Source of the DNA: Tubulanus polymorphus
Lineage: Eukaryota; Animalia; Nemertea
DNA: 64,000 nucleotides
NCBI RefSeq assembly: GCF_964204645.1
Contig: NC_134035.1
Span: 6,510,001-6,574,000, forward strand
Reading direction: 5' to 3'
The position numbers and the translations under genes were made by a program. The notes beneath the pieces were generated by a model that was given only the letters and a program-made list of their open reading frames with translations, made no database searches and was not told where the DNA came from. Shown here piece after piece: positions 10,063 through 22,446 of the stretch; the stretch's first letter is position 1, and every line of letters begins with the position of its first letter.

Positions 10063-13000
10063 GACAATTCAATATTTTGGTTTTATCGCCCGCGACAATT
10101 CATTATTTTGGTTTTATCGTCCGCGACAATTCATTTTTTTGGTTTTATCGCCTGCGACAATTCATTAGTTTGGTTTTGTTGCCCGCGTCAATTCATAATT
10201 TTGGTTTTATCGTCCGCGACAATTCATTTTTTTGGTTTTATCGCCTGCGACAATTTATTATTTTGGTTTTATCGCCCGCGACAATTCATTAGTTTGGTTT
10301 TGTCGCCCGCGACAATTGAATATTTTGGTTTTGTTGCCCGCAACAATTCAAGATTTTGGTTTTTCTGCCGCGACAATTCATTTTTTGGATTTGTCGCCCG
10401 CGACAATTCAGTATTTTGGTTTTATCGCCCGCGACAATTCAGTATTTTGGTTTTATCGCCCGCGACAATTCATTATTTTGGTTTTATCGCCCGCGACAAT
10501 TCATTAATTTGGTTTTGTCACCCGCGACAAAACAATATTTTGGTTTTATCGCCCGCGACAATTCATTATTTTGGTTTTATCGCCCGGAACAATTCATTAT
10601 TTTGGTTTTGTCGCACGCGACAATGGCGACAATTCAAGATTTTGGTTTTATCGCCCGCGACAATTCATTTTTTGGATTTGGCGCCTACGACAATTCAATA
10701 TTTTGGTTTTATCGCCGGCGACAATTTTTTTTCTCTTTTTGTCGCGGTTTTATCGCCCGCGACGCTTCAATATTTTGGTTTTATCGTCCGCGACAATTCA
10801 TTTTTTTTGTTTTATCGCCTGCGACAATTTATTATTTTGGTTTTATCGCCCGCGACAATTCATTATTTTGGTTTTATCGCCCGCGACAATTCATTAATTT
10901 GGTTTTGTCACCCGCGACAAAACAATATTTTGGTTTTATCGCCCGCGACAATTCATTATTTTGGTTTTATCGCCCGGTACAATTCATTATTTTGGTTTTA
11001 TCGCCGGCGACAATTTTTTTTCTCTTTTTGTCGCGGTTTTATCGCCCGCGACGCTTCAATATTTTGGTTTTATCGCCCGCGACAATTCAGTATTTTGGTT
11101 TTATCGCCCGCGACAATTCAGTATTTTGGTTTTATCGCCCGCGACAATTCATTATTTTGGTTTTATCGCCCGCGACAATTCATTAATTTGGTTTTGTCAC
11201 CCGCGACAAAACAATATTTTGGTTTTATCGCCCGCGACAATTCATTATTTTGGTTTTATCGCCCGGAACAATTCATTATTTTGGTTTTGTCGCACGCGAC
11301 AATGGCGACAATTCAAGATTTTGGTTTAATCGCCCGCGACAATTCATTTTTTGGATTTGGCGCCTACGACAATTCAATATTTTGGTTTTATCGCCGGCGA
11401 CAATTTTTTTTCTCTTTTTGTCGCGGTTTTATCGCCCGCGACGCTTCAATATTTTGGTTTTATCGCCCGCGACAATTCATTATTTTGGCTTTATCGCCCG
11501 CGACCATTCATTAGTTTGGTTTTGTCGCCCGCGACAATTGAATATTTTGGTTTTGTCGCCCGCGACAATTGAATATTTTGGTTTTGTCGCCCGCGACAAT
11601 TCATGATTTTGGTTTTATCGTCCGCGACAATTCATTTTTTTGGTTTTATCACCTGCGACAATTTATTATTTTGGTTTTATCGCCCGCGACAATTCATTAG
11701 TTTGGTTTTGTTGCCCGCGTCAATTCATAATTTTGGTTTTCTCGTCCGCGACAATTCATTTTTTTGGTTTTATCGCCTGCGACAATTTATTATTTTGGTT
11801 TTATCGCCCGCGACAATTCATTAGTTTGGTTTTGTTGCCCGCGTCAATTCATAATTTTGGTTTTATCGTCCGCGACAATTCATTTTTTTGGTTTTATCGC
11901 CTGCGACAATTTATTATTTTGGTTTTATCGCCCGCGACAATTCATTAGTTTGGTTTTGTCGCCCGCGACAATTGAATATTTTGGTTTTGTTGCCCGCAAC
12001 AATTCAAGATTTTGGTTTTTCTGCCGCGACAATTCAGTATTTTGGTTTTATCGCCCGCGACAATTCAGTATTTTGGTTTTATCGCCCGCGACAATTCATT
12101 ATTTTGGTTTTATCGCCCGCGACAATTCATTAATTTGGTTTTGTCACCCGCGACAAAACAATATTTTGGTTTTATCGCCCGCGACAATTCATTATTTTGG
12201 TTTTATCGCCCGGAAAAATTCATTATTTTGGTTTTGTCGCACGCGACAATGGCGACAATTCAAGATTTTGGTTTTATCGCCCGCGACAATTCATTTTTTG
12301 GATTTGGCGCCTACGACAATTCAATATTTTGGTTTTATCGCCGGCGACAATTTTTTTTCTCTTTTTGTCGCGGTTTTATCGCCCGCGACGCTTCAATATT
12401 TTGGTTTTATCGTCCGCGACAATTCATTTTTTTGGTTTTATCGCCTGCGACAATTTATTATTTTGGTTTTATCGCCCGCGACAATTCATTAGTTTGGTTT
12501 TGTCGCCCGCGACAATTGAATATTTTGGTTTTGTTGCCCGCAACAATTCAGTATTTTGGTTTTATCGCCCGCGACAATTCAGTATTTTGGTTTTATCGCC
12601 CGCGACAATTCATTATTTTGGTTTTATCGCCCGCGACAATTCATTAATTTGGTTTTGTCACCCGCGACAAAACAATATTTTGGTTTTATCGCCCGCGACA
12701 ATTCAGTATTTTGGTTTTATCGCCCGCGACAATTCATTATTTTGGTTTTATCGCCCGCGACAATTCATTAATTTGGTTTTGTCACCCGCGACAAAACAAT
12801 ATTTTGGTTTTGTCGCCCACGACAATTCAATATTTTGGTTTTATCGCCCGCGACAATTCATTATTTTGGTTTTATCGCCCGCGACAATTCATTATTTTGG
12901 TTTTGTCGCACAACACAATGGCGACAATTCAAGATTTTGGTTTTATCGCCCGCGACAATTCATTTTTGGATTTTCCGCCCACGACAATTCAATTTTTTGG

Positions 13001-13466
13001 TTTTATCGCCCACGACAATTCATTATTTTGGTTTTATCGCCCGCGACAATTCATTATTTTGGTTTTATCGCCCAGAACAATTCATTATTTTGGTTTTGTT
13101 GCACGCGACAATGGCGACAATTCAAGATTTTGGTTTTATCGCCCGCGACAATTCATTTTTTTTGGATTTGGCGCCTACGACAATTCAATATTTTGGTTTT
13201 ATCGCCCGCGACAATTCATTATTTTGGTTTTATCGCCCGCGACAATTTTTTTCTCTTTTTGTCGCGGTTTTATCGCCCGCGACACTTCAATATTTTGGTT
13301 TTATCGCCCGCGACAATTCATTATTTTGGCTTTATCGCCCGCGACAATTCAATATTTTGGTTTTATCGCCAGCGACAATTGATTATTTTGGTTTTATCGC
13401 CCGCGACAATTGATTATTTTGGTTTTATCGCCCGCGACAATTAATTTTTTTGGTTTTGTCGCCCAC
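10063..13466 (+). repeat. 31-bp satellite array 1 (about 110 monomers)
   Basis: Tandem ttttggttttRtcgcccgcgacaattcatta with array-specific variants. Confidence 0.97.
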
Positions 13467-13554
13467 ATTATTAGCTTTTGAATAATTGGGCCAATTAATA
13501 ACGTAATAAAGACTTATGCTTTCGCCTTTTTTGAAGTCGATTAATCTGATATAG

Positions 13555-13970
13555 TACGGAAGCGATAAAGGGCCTCGAGTTGTCACGTTCAAACTCGACA
13601 AGTCACCATATTTATGTCGATATATCGCGATATATCGTGTCAAGTCTACATGAATATGTCTACATATCGTGACGTTTTCACGACAAATTTCGCTTATTTG
13701 CTCATTTTCCACGGGACAAGCCGTCATTTGAAGACATGTCTAAATGTAAGATGAGGACGCCAGTAATATGACGACTGAGTTTCAAGTCGTCATGAATATG
13801 TCGACTTGTCGCGAGGAAAATGGTTGAGAAAACGAAATATGTCGTCAAAACGTCACGATATATCGACATATTCATGTCGACTTGACGCGATACATCGCGG
13901 TATGTCGACAATAATATGGCGACTTGTCGAGTTGGAACGCGTCATCTCGAGGCCCCTTATCGCTTCCGTA
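13555..13970. mobile_element. Foldback MITE with TACGG..CCGTA ends (IS3EU-like termini)
   Basis: About 135-bp imperfect TIRs starting tacggaagcgataaagggcctcgag / ctcgaggccccttatcgcttccgta. 7-bp TSD gatatag (13548-13554, 13971-13977). Internal gtcgac-type palindromic repeats. Confidence 0.85.
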
Positions 13971-14067
13971 GATATAGTGTCGAATATTAAGGTCATTTTG
14001 GCAGATTCTTTTTTTTTAATAGTGATATTAAAGCGATCATTCAAGTGATCCTACTTAATGAAAGATC

Positions 14068-14225
14068 TACGGAAGCGATAAAGGGCCTCGAGTTGTTGCG
14101 TTCCAACTCGACAAGTCGCCATATCTATGTCGATATATCGCATCAATTCGACATGAATATGTCGACATATCGTGACGTTTTGACGACTTGAAACTCAGTC
14201 GTCATATCACTGGCGTCCTCATCTT
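14068..14225 (-). mobile_element. Truncated second copy of the TACGG MITE
   Basis: Starts tacggaagcgataaagggcctcgag; ends with the reverse complement of 13748-13790. Confidence 0.75.
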
Positions 14226-14435
14226 TCAGCAACGCCAGTCACATGGAGTCGTAGGTTTTCTACTTTCTGCGACGCGACACGACTGTCACAACCAACAGAC
14301 GCGCTCTTGCGACTGGCAGAAACTAGTCGCACACAGTCGCTGACAATCGTATCGCAACCGACTTGCACCGAAACTTGCGATGCAACGCGAGGATCGCATC
14401 GTGTCACAAGAACAACCAAAGTCTGGCTTTAAGTT

Positions 14436-14990
14436 ACTGCGGAGCACCAGAAATATCTTTTTTTTCGTTCAAAAGACCTTTCCGTTGAAAATTCTTTCGT
14501 CGGAACAATATTTATTTCGTTCGAACCAATAATATTCTATATAATTGAACCAATTTGAAAAAATCGTTAGAACAAAGTTGAACAAACTTTTTTTTGTCCA
14601 AACGAAAGGTTTTTCGTTCGAACAATCATTCAATTGAACAGAATCGTTTTAATTTGAACAGAATTTTCTTGTCAGAACATTAAGTTTTTCGTTCGAATAA
14701 GTATATTGAAAAAAGTTTTTTCTCCGAACCGAAAGTATTAAGTATTTCGTTCAATCGAACATAATTTTTTTCATTCAAACATTCGTTCGAAAAAATTGTT
14801 TTCACTCAACCAAATTTTTCAATTCAACAATAACATAGCTTTTTATTCGAACACATTTTCTGTCAGAATGAAGAAAATTTTTGGTTCAAGCAAAAAGCGT
14901 ATTGTTCGATCAAACAGAATTATTTTCATTCGAACAAGATTTTCTGGTTGGAACATTAAGTTTTTTGGTCGAACAGCGCGTTAAGTTCGA
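14436..14990. repeat. Degenerate short-period repeat with (c)gttcgaac palindromes, probably the interior of a decayed MITE
   Basis: Recurring ttcgttcgaac/agaac motifs separated by T/A tracts; begins near tactgcggagcaccagaaat. Confidence 0.55.
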
Positions 14991-15325
14991 TTTGGAAATT
15001 TGCTCGGTCTGGTATATGTTGGATAACTGTGTATGTCATTTGTCAGGACATTAAACAGAAGACAACTTAGGATACTACCTTGCGTGACTCCACTAGTTAG
15101 ACTGACTTATTCCAAGATGAGGCGTACCGTTGATTTCGGCTACAAGTTTTCGTTCAGAGATAACTGCTGAGCCATTTGAGTGACCTTTCATTAATGATGT
15201 TTCCTAATAGCCTGGTTAGTAATGCCTGATGTTGTGCCTTATCAAATGCTTTGTCGAAATCCACCGTTGAACTGGATTCTAAGACTGTGCAGAAAACCCG
15301 TTATCGCTGCTTTGCAGCTATATTT

Positions 15326-16262
15326 AATATTATTTTCTTCCACACTATTTTTACCAAAAGAACATAGGCTTTGTTACCTTACCGCTGTTTCATATACAAT
15401 CCATATAATATCGTTCAGCTCACTGAGATCTACAAATAGCCCGCGTGTTTTTTCACGAATCATCGTTACAAAAGCGCTGTCGGGCCGTAAACATCGAAAA
15501 TTTAGCCCCATTCAATGGGGCGACATGTTTTTCGAGTCGTCATCCCGAAATCAACCCGCAGGCCGACTGTCACTTCGATTATCAATTCAAGTATAAATGA
15601 ACTAATTTATTGCCGCAGACTTCAAATTCAGTCGCGGTCTTCAAACAGTGATTTTAACAATAGCCCATTTTCCTCATCAAATCATATTACCGATACACTG
15701 GAAATTTACTACTTTAGATTTTAAAAGCACTGTCGAGCCGTAAACATCGACGAATCGACGTGTGTTACTACATCGTCGTTCAGGGGATCAGCTGCGAGTT
15801 TCTCCTCATCATGAGAATCAAATCGAGTACAAATTAATGTATTACTACCACTGATTTGGCTGCGGGTTTCAAGGAGTTGTATAACAATACCTATTTTTCT
15901 TTACCGAATTAACCGTGTATTTACTAAGATAAATCTTTAGTGTACCGGGGAATCGTCGGCCTTAACTAAACACGCCGAAGAGATATAGCGGAGAAAAGCT
16001 GTTATGTCGACGAGGTATCAAAATAAAAGAATATATTACTTTATTCGGCCGCGGGCTTCAACCATTTATCAATACTCTATATTTCCTACAGTTAATACCG
16101 ATCATTGTCAAATGCACAAGGTATTTACTAAATACAAGTATATAACACACTCCTATCCATATGCTGGACTCACACTTGACATTCGGAGTAAGCGTTCGCT
16201 GTGGGGGAAAGGAGATCGTTCGCTGTGTCGCTTGAAGTGTTTATCGAGTTTTACGCGACCTT
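15326..16262 (+). mobile_element. HINE family 1 copy A body (duplicate of 8945-9890)
   Basis: Near-identical to 8945-9890; for example, the ORF-track entries at 9131 and 15515 differ by one residue. Confidence 0.9.
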
Positions 16263-17171
16263 AAGGCTTAAGTATGGTGGCTGATACGATAAAAAAAACA
16301 CGAATATGCAAACGAGGGCGACATTACGACAAAACGACAAAACTAAAATGACGCGAGAAAACAATGATTTTGATTTTGTCGCCCGCGACAATTCATTATT
16401 TTGGTTTTATCGCTTGCGACAATTCATTATTTTGGTTTTGTCGCCCGCGAAAATTCAATATTTTGGTTTTATCGCCCACGACAATTCACTACTTTGGTTT
16501 TATCGCCAGCGACAATTGATTATTTTCGTTTTGTCGCCCGCGACAATTTTTTTTTTGGTTTTGTCCCCCGCGACAATTCAATATTTTGGTTTTATCGCCT
16601 GCGACAATTCAATATTTTGGTTTTATCGCCCGCGATAATTCATTATTTTGGTTTTGTCGCCCGAGACAATTCATTATTTTGGTTTTGTCGCCCGCGACAA
16701 TTCATTATTTTGGTTTTGTTGCCCGCGACAATTCACCATTTTGGTTTTGTCACCCGCGACAATTCATTATTTTGGTTTTATCGCCTGCGACAATTCATTA
16801 CTTTGGTTTTATCTCCAGCGACAATTCATTATTTTGGTTTTGTCGCCCCAACAATTCTTTTTTTGGTTTTGTCGCCGGCGACAATTCATTAGTCTGGTTT
16901 TGTCGCCCGCGACAATTCAATTCTTTGGTTTTGTCGCCCGCGACAATTCAATATTTTGGTTTTTTCGCCTGCGACATTTCATTATTTTGGTTTTATCGCC
17001 CGCGATAATTCATTATTTTGGTTTTGTCCCGCGACAATTCATTATTTTGGTTTTGTCGCCCGAGACAATTCATCATTTTGGTTTTATCGCCCGCGACAAA
17101 ATCATTATTTTGGTTTTGTCGCCCGCGACAATTAACCATTTTAGTTTTGTCGCCTGGACAATTCACCATTT

Positions 17172-18057
17172 TCGATCTGACTCAAGATGGCCTTCCTATG
17201 ACCTTTTTAGTGCCCAAAAATGTCAATTTTGGCCAGAATTCTAGGTCCTGTAGCTTCCTACTGGTTTGCCATTTCTCATTGCAATTGCTGATGGATATTC
17301 TTTAGAGAGGGATGTTTTATACCTGGGACAGGTATTTTTGATCAGCCAATTATGACGCAATTGGCGGCCATCTTGGTGTCATCAGTACTCATTCGTAGGT
17401 GGGAAAGTTTTTCCACAATTAATCGATACCTAAGCATATTGGATATTCAATTGGAAAGTTGTAGCCCATAACGTGTTCTATGATTTTGGTGAGTTTCAAG
17501 GTCATTGGTTTTTGTATGTGGCCATCAGGGGGCGTTGAATAATACAATAACTTAGTATCGCTATATTATATTTGTACCAAGGCATATTTTGTTACCATGA
17601 TCAATGGCAAAATTGTAGTTCATGACATCGTCTATGATTGTGGTGAGTTTTTAAGGACATTAGTTATTCCATATAGTCACCAGGGGGCGTTGAATAGTAG
17701 AAAAGCTTAGTTTTTCCTTATTAGATTGGTACCTAGGCATATTTTGTTACTATGATCAATTGCAAAGTTGTAGTTCATGACATCGTCTATGATTGTGGTG
17801 AGTTTTTAAGGACATTAGTTATTCCATATAGTCACCAGGGGGCGTTGAATAGTAGAATGGCTTAGTATTTCCATATTAAATTGGTAACGAGGCATATTTT
17901 GTTATCACAATCAATTACAAAATCAAAGCTGCTCACATGTTCTATGATTGTGGTGGCTTTCAATGTCATTGGTTTTTGTATATGGTCACTAGAGGGCGTT
18001 ATGTATTGAAATTGTTAGATTGTCCCAAGTGAGCACGGTGTCCCTGGACCCCTAGTT
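17172..18057 (+). mobile_element. 5'-truncated HINE family 2 fragment (long form) with four ~155-bp core repeats and an intact 3' end
   Basis: Core repeats phased at 17477, 17631, 17786 and 17941. Ends tcccaagtgagcacggtgtccctggacccctagtt, as at 5183-5217. Confidence 0.88.
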
Positions 18058-21000
18058 TGGTTTTGTCGCCCGCGACAATTCATTATTTTGGTTTTGTCGC
18101 ACGCAACAATTCAATATTTTGTTTTTGTCGTCCGCAACAATTCATTATTTTGGTTTTATCGCCTGCGACAATTCAATATTTTGGTTTTAACGCCCGCGTC
18201 AATTCATTATTGTGGTTTTACCGCCCGCAACAATTCATTATTACGGTTTTGTCGCCCGCGACAATTCATTATTTTGGTTTTATCGCCCGCGATTATTCAA
18301 TATTTTGGTTTTGTCGCCCGCGACAATTCATTATTTTTAGTTTTATCGCCTTCGACAATTCATTATTTTGGTTTTGTCGCGCCGACAATTCTTTTTTTGG
18401 TTTTGTCGCCCGCGACAATTCATTAGTTTGGTTTTGTCACCCGCGATAATTCATTATTTTGGTTTTATCTCCAGCGACAATTCATTAATTTGGTTTTGTC
18501 GCCTCGACAATTCTTTTTTTGGTTTTGTCGCCCGCGACGACAATTCATTAATTTGGTTTTGTCGCCTCGAGAATTCTTTTTTTGGTTTTGTCGCCCGCGA
18601 CGACAATTCATTAGTTTGGTTTTGTCGCCCGCGACAATTCAAGATTTTGGTTTTGTCGCCCGTGACAATTCATTATTTTGGTTTTATCGCCGACGATAAT
18701 TCATTATTTTGGTTTTGTCGCCTGGACAATTCACCATTTTGGTTTTGTCGCCCGCGACAATTCATTATTTTGGTTATGTCGCCCCGACAATTCTTTTTTT
18801 GGTTTTATCGCCCACGACAATTCTTTACTTTGGTTTTATCTCCAGCGACAATTCATTATTTTAGTTTTATCGCCCGTGACAATTCATTATTTTGGTTTTA
18901 TCGCCGGCGACAATGCATTATTTTGGTTTTGTCGCCCGCGAAAATTCATTATTTTGGTTTTGTCGCCCCGACAATTCTTTTTTTGGTTTTGTCGCCCGCG
19001 ACAATTCATTAGTTTGGTTTTGTCGCCCGCTACAATCAATATTTTGGTTTTATCGCCCACGACAATTCATTACTTTGGTTTTATCTCCAGCGACAATTCA
19101 TTAATTTGGTTTTGTCGCCTCGACAATTCTTTTTTTGGTTTTGTTGCCCGCGACTATCAATATTTTGGTTTTATCGCCCACGACAATTCTTTACTTTGGT
19201 TTTATCTCCAGCGACAATTCATTATTTTAGTTTTATCGCCCGTGACAATTCATTATTTTGGTTTTATCGCCGGCGACAATGCATTATTTTGGTTTTGTCG
19301 CCCGCGAAAATTCATTATTTTGGTTTTGTCGCCCCGACAATTCTTTTTTTGGTTTTGTCGCCCGCGACAATTCATTAGTTTGGTTTTGTCGCCCGCTACA
19401 ATCAATATTTTGGTTTTATCGCCCACGACAATTCATTACTTTGGTTCTATCTCCAGCGACAATTCATTAATTTGGTTTTGTCGCCTCGACAATTCTTTTT
19501 TTGGTTTTGTCGCCCGCGACAATTCATTATTTTGGTTTTATATTTATGTTTAGTCGCCCGCGACAATTATTTTTTGGTTTTGTCGCCCGCGACAATTCAA
19601 TACTTTGGTTTTGTCGCCCGCGACAATTCAATATTTTGGTTTTGTCGCCTGCGACAATTCATTACTTTGTTTTATCTCCAGCGACAATTCATTATTTTGC
19701 TTTAGTCGCCCACGACAATTCTTCTTTTTGGTTTTGTCGCCCACGACAATTCATTATTTTGGTTTTATATTTTGTTTTAGTCGCCCGCGACAATTTTTTT
19801 TGGGTTTTGTCGCCCGCGACAATTCAATATTTTGGTTTTATCGCCCGCGATAATTCATTATTTTGGTTTTTTCGCCCGCGACAATTCATTATTTTGGTTT
19901 TGTTGCCCGAGACAATTCATCATTTTGGTTTTATCGCCCGCGACAATTCATTATTTTGGTTTTGTCGCCCGCGACAATTCACATTTTGGTTTTGTCGCCT
20001 GGAAAATTCACCATTTTGGTTTTGTCACCCGCGACAATTCATTATTTTGGTTTTGTTGCCCCCACAATTCTTTTTTTGGTTTTGTCGCCCGCGTCAATTC
20101 ATTAGTTTGGTTTTATCGCCCGCGACAATTCATCATTTTGGTTTTATCGCCTGCGACAATTCACCATTTTGGTTTTTTCGCCTGGACAATTCACCATTTT
20201 GGTTTTGTCGCCCGCGACAATTCATTATTTTGGTTTTGTCGCTCCCACAATTCTTTTTTAGGTTTTGTCGCCCGCGACAATTCATTATTTTGGTTTTATC
20301 GCCGGAGACAATTCATTATTTTGGTTTTGTCGCCTGGACAATTCACCATTTTGGTTTTGTCGCCCGCGACAATTCATTATTTTGGTTTTGTCGCCCCGAC
20401 AATTCTTTTTTTGGTTTTGTCGCCCGCAAAAATTCATTAGTTTGGTTTTGTCGCCCGCGACAATCAATATTTTGGTTTTATCGCCCACGACAGTTCATTA
20501 CTTTGGTTTTATCTCCAGCGACAATTCATTATTTTAGTTTTATCGCCCGTGACAATTCATTATTTTGGTTTTATCGCCGGCGACAATTCATTATTTTGGT
20601 TTTGTCGCCTGGACAATTCACCATTTTTGTTTTGTCGCCCGCGACAATTCATTATTTTTGTTTTGTCGCCCCGACAATTCATTATTTTGGTTTTGTCGCC
20701 CGCGACAATTCATTATTTTTGTTTTGTCGCCCCGACAATTCTTTTTTTGGTTTTGTCGCCCACGACAATTCTTGTTTTTGGTTTTGTCGCCCGCGACAAT
20801 TCATTATTTTGGTTTTATCGCCCGCGACAATTCAATATTTTGTTTTTATCGTCCACGACAATTCATTATTTTGGTTTTGTCGCCCGAGACAATTCATTAT
20901 TTTGGTTTTATCGCCCGCGATAATTCATTATTTTGGTTTTGTCGCCCGCGACGATTCATTAATTTGGTTTTGTCGCCCGCGACAATTCATTAGTTTGGTT

Positions 21001-21951
21001 TTGTCACCCGCGACAATTCATTATTTTGGTTTTATCGCCCGCGACAATTCATTATTTTTAGTTTTATCGCCTTCGACAATTCATTATTTTGGTTTTGTCG
21101 CGCCGACAATTCTTTTTTTGGTTTTGTCGCCCGCGACAATTCATTAGTTTGGTTTTGTCACCCGCGATAATTCATTATTTTGGTTTTATCGCCCACAACA
21201 ATTCATTACTTTGGTTTTATGGCATTATTTTGGTTTTGTCGCCTGGACAATTCACCATTTTGGTTTTGTCGCCGGCGACAATTCATTATTTTGGTTTTGT
21301 CGCGCCGACAATTCTTTTTTTGGTTTTGTCGCCCGCGACAATTCATTAGTTTGGTTTTGTCACCCGCGACAATTCAATATTTTGGTTTTATCGCCCGCGA
21401 CAATTCATTATTTTTAGTTTTATCGCCTTCGACAATTCATTATTTTGGTTTTGTCGCGCCGACAATTCTTTTTTTGGTTTTGTCGCCCGCGATAATTCAT
21501 AAGTTTGGTTTTGTTACCCGCGATAATTCATTATTTTGGTTTTATCGCCCACGACAATTCATTACTTTGGTTTTATCTCCAACGACGATTCATTAATTTG
21601 GTTTTGTCGCCCGCGACAATTCATTAGTTTGGTTTTGTCACCTGCGATAATTCATTATTTTGGTTTTATCACCCGCGACAATTCATTATTTTGGTTTTAT
21701 CGCCCGTGACAATTCATTATTTTGGTTTGATCGCCGGCGACAATTCATCATTTTGGTTTTGTCGCCTGGACAATTCACCATTTTGGTTTTGTCGCCGGCG
21801 ACAATTCATTATTTTGGTTTTGTCGCCTCGACAATTCTTTTTTTGGTTTTGTCGCCCGCGACAATTCATTAGTTTGGTTTTATCGCCCACGACAATTCTT
21901 TACTTTGGTTTTATCTCCAGCGACAATTCATTATTTTTGTTTTGTCGCCCG

Positions 21952-22446
21952 AAAAAAATTTTGAAGACGCTTTGATCAATTACCTTGATCTTTCGTTTAT
22001 ATTTGAATCAGGGCCCATCAGCATAACAAAAATTGGGTCGATCTGACTCAAGATGGCCGCCCTATGACCTTTTTAGTGCCCAAAAATGTCAATTTTGGCC
22101 AGAATTCTAGGTCCTGTAGCTTCCTACTGGTTTGCCATTTCTCATTGCAATTGCTGATGGATATTCTTTAGAGAGGGATGTTTTATACCTGGGACAGGTA
22201 TTTTTGATCAGCCAATTATGACGCAATTGGCGGCCATCTTGGTGTCATCAGTACTCATTCGTAGGTGGGAAAAAGGATTAATTGATACCTAAGCATATTG
22301 TGTTGAATAATACAATAACATAGTATCGCTATATTATATTTGTAGGAAGGCATATTTTGTTACCATGATCAATGGCAAAGTTGTAGTTCATGACATCGTC
22401 TATGATTGTGGTGAGTTTTGAAGGACATTAGTTATTCCATATAGTC
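21952..22446 (+). mobile_element. Internal HINE family 2 fragment (short form, both termini missing)
   Basis: Shares tcgatctgactcaagatggcc...gtaggtgggaaa with the 17172 copy, has an internal deletion, and ends at ccatatagtc|gcctggac. Confidence 0.88.

Larger units (their letters stand above)
8887..15325 (+). mobile_element. HINE family 1 copy B (about 6.4 kb) nested in the (TTA)n of copy A; contains satellite array 1 and MITEs
   Basis: Head at 8887. 3' terminus gcagaaaacccgttatcgctgctttgcagctatattt at 15289-15325. The sequence after it is a near-identical copy of 8945-9890 (offset 6384). Confidence 0.65.

Noticed and set aside
14226-14432. Separate MITE with tgcgac/gtcgca repeats as ancestor of the 31-mer
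   Set aside because: It shares only the short gtcgc/gcgac word; no paired TIR, TSD or 31-bp period could be established.
9131-16264. Duplicated ORFs at 9131/15515 and 9738/16004 as a gene pair
   Set aside because: They are conserved only because the HINE body is duplicated; frames differ between copies and no domain is recognisable.
17018-17305. ORFs running from the satellite into the HINE fragment (also 33449, 21691, 35190)
   Set aside because: Chance read-through across junctions with no coding signature.
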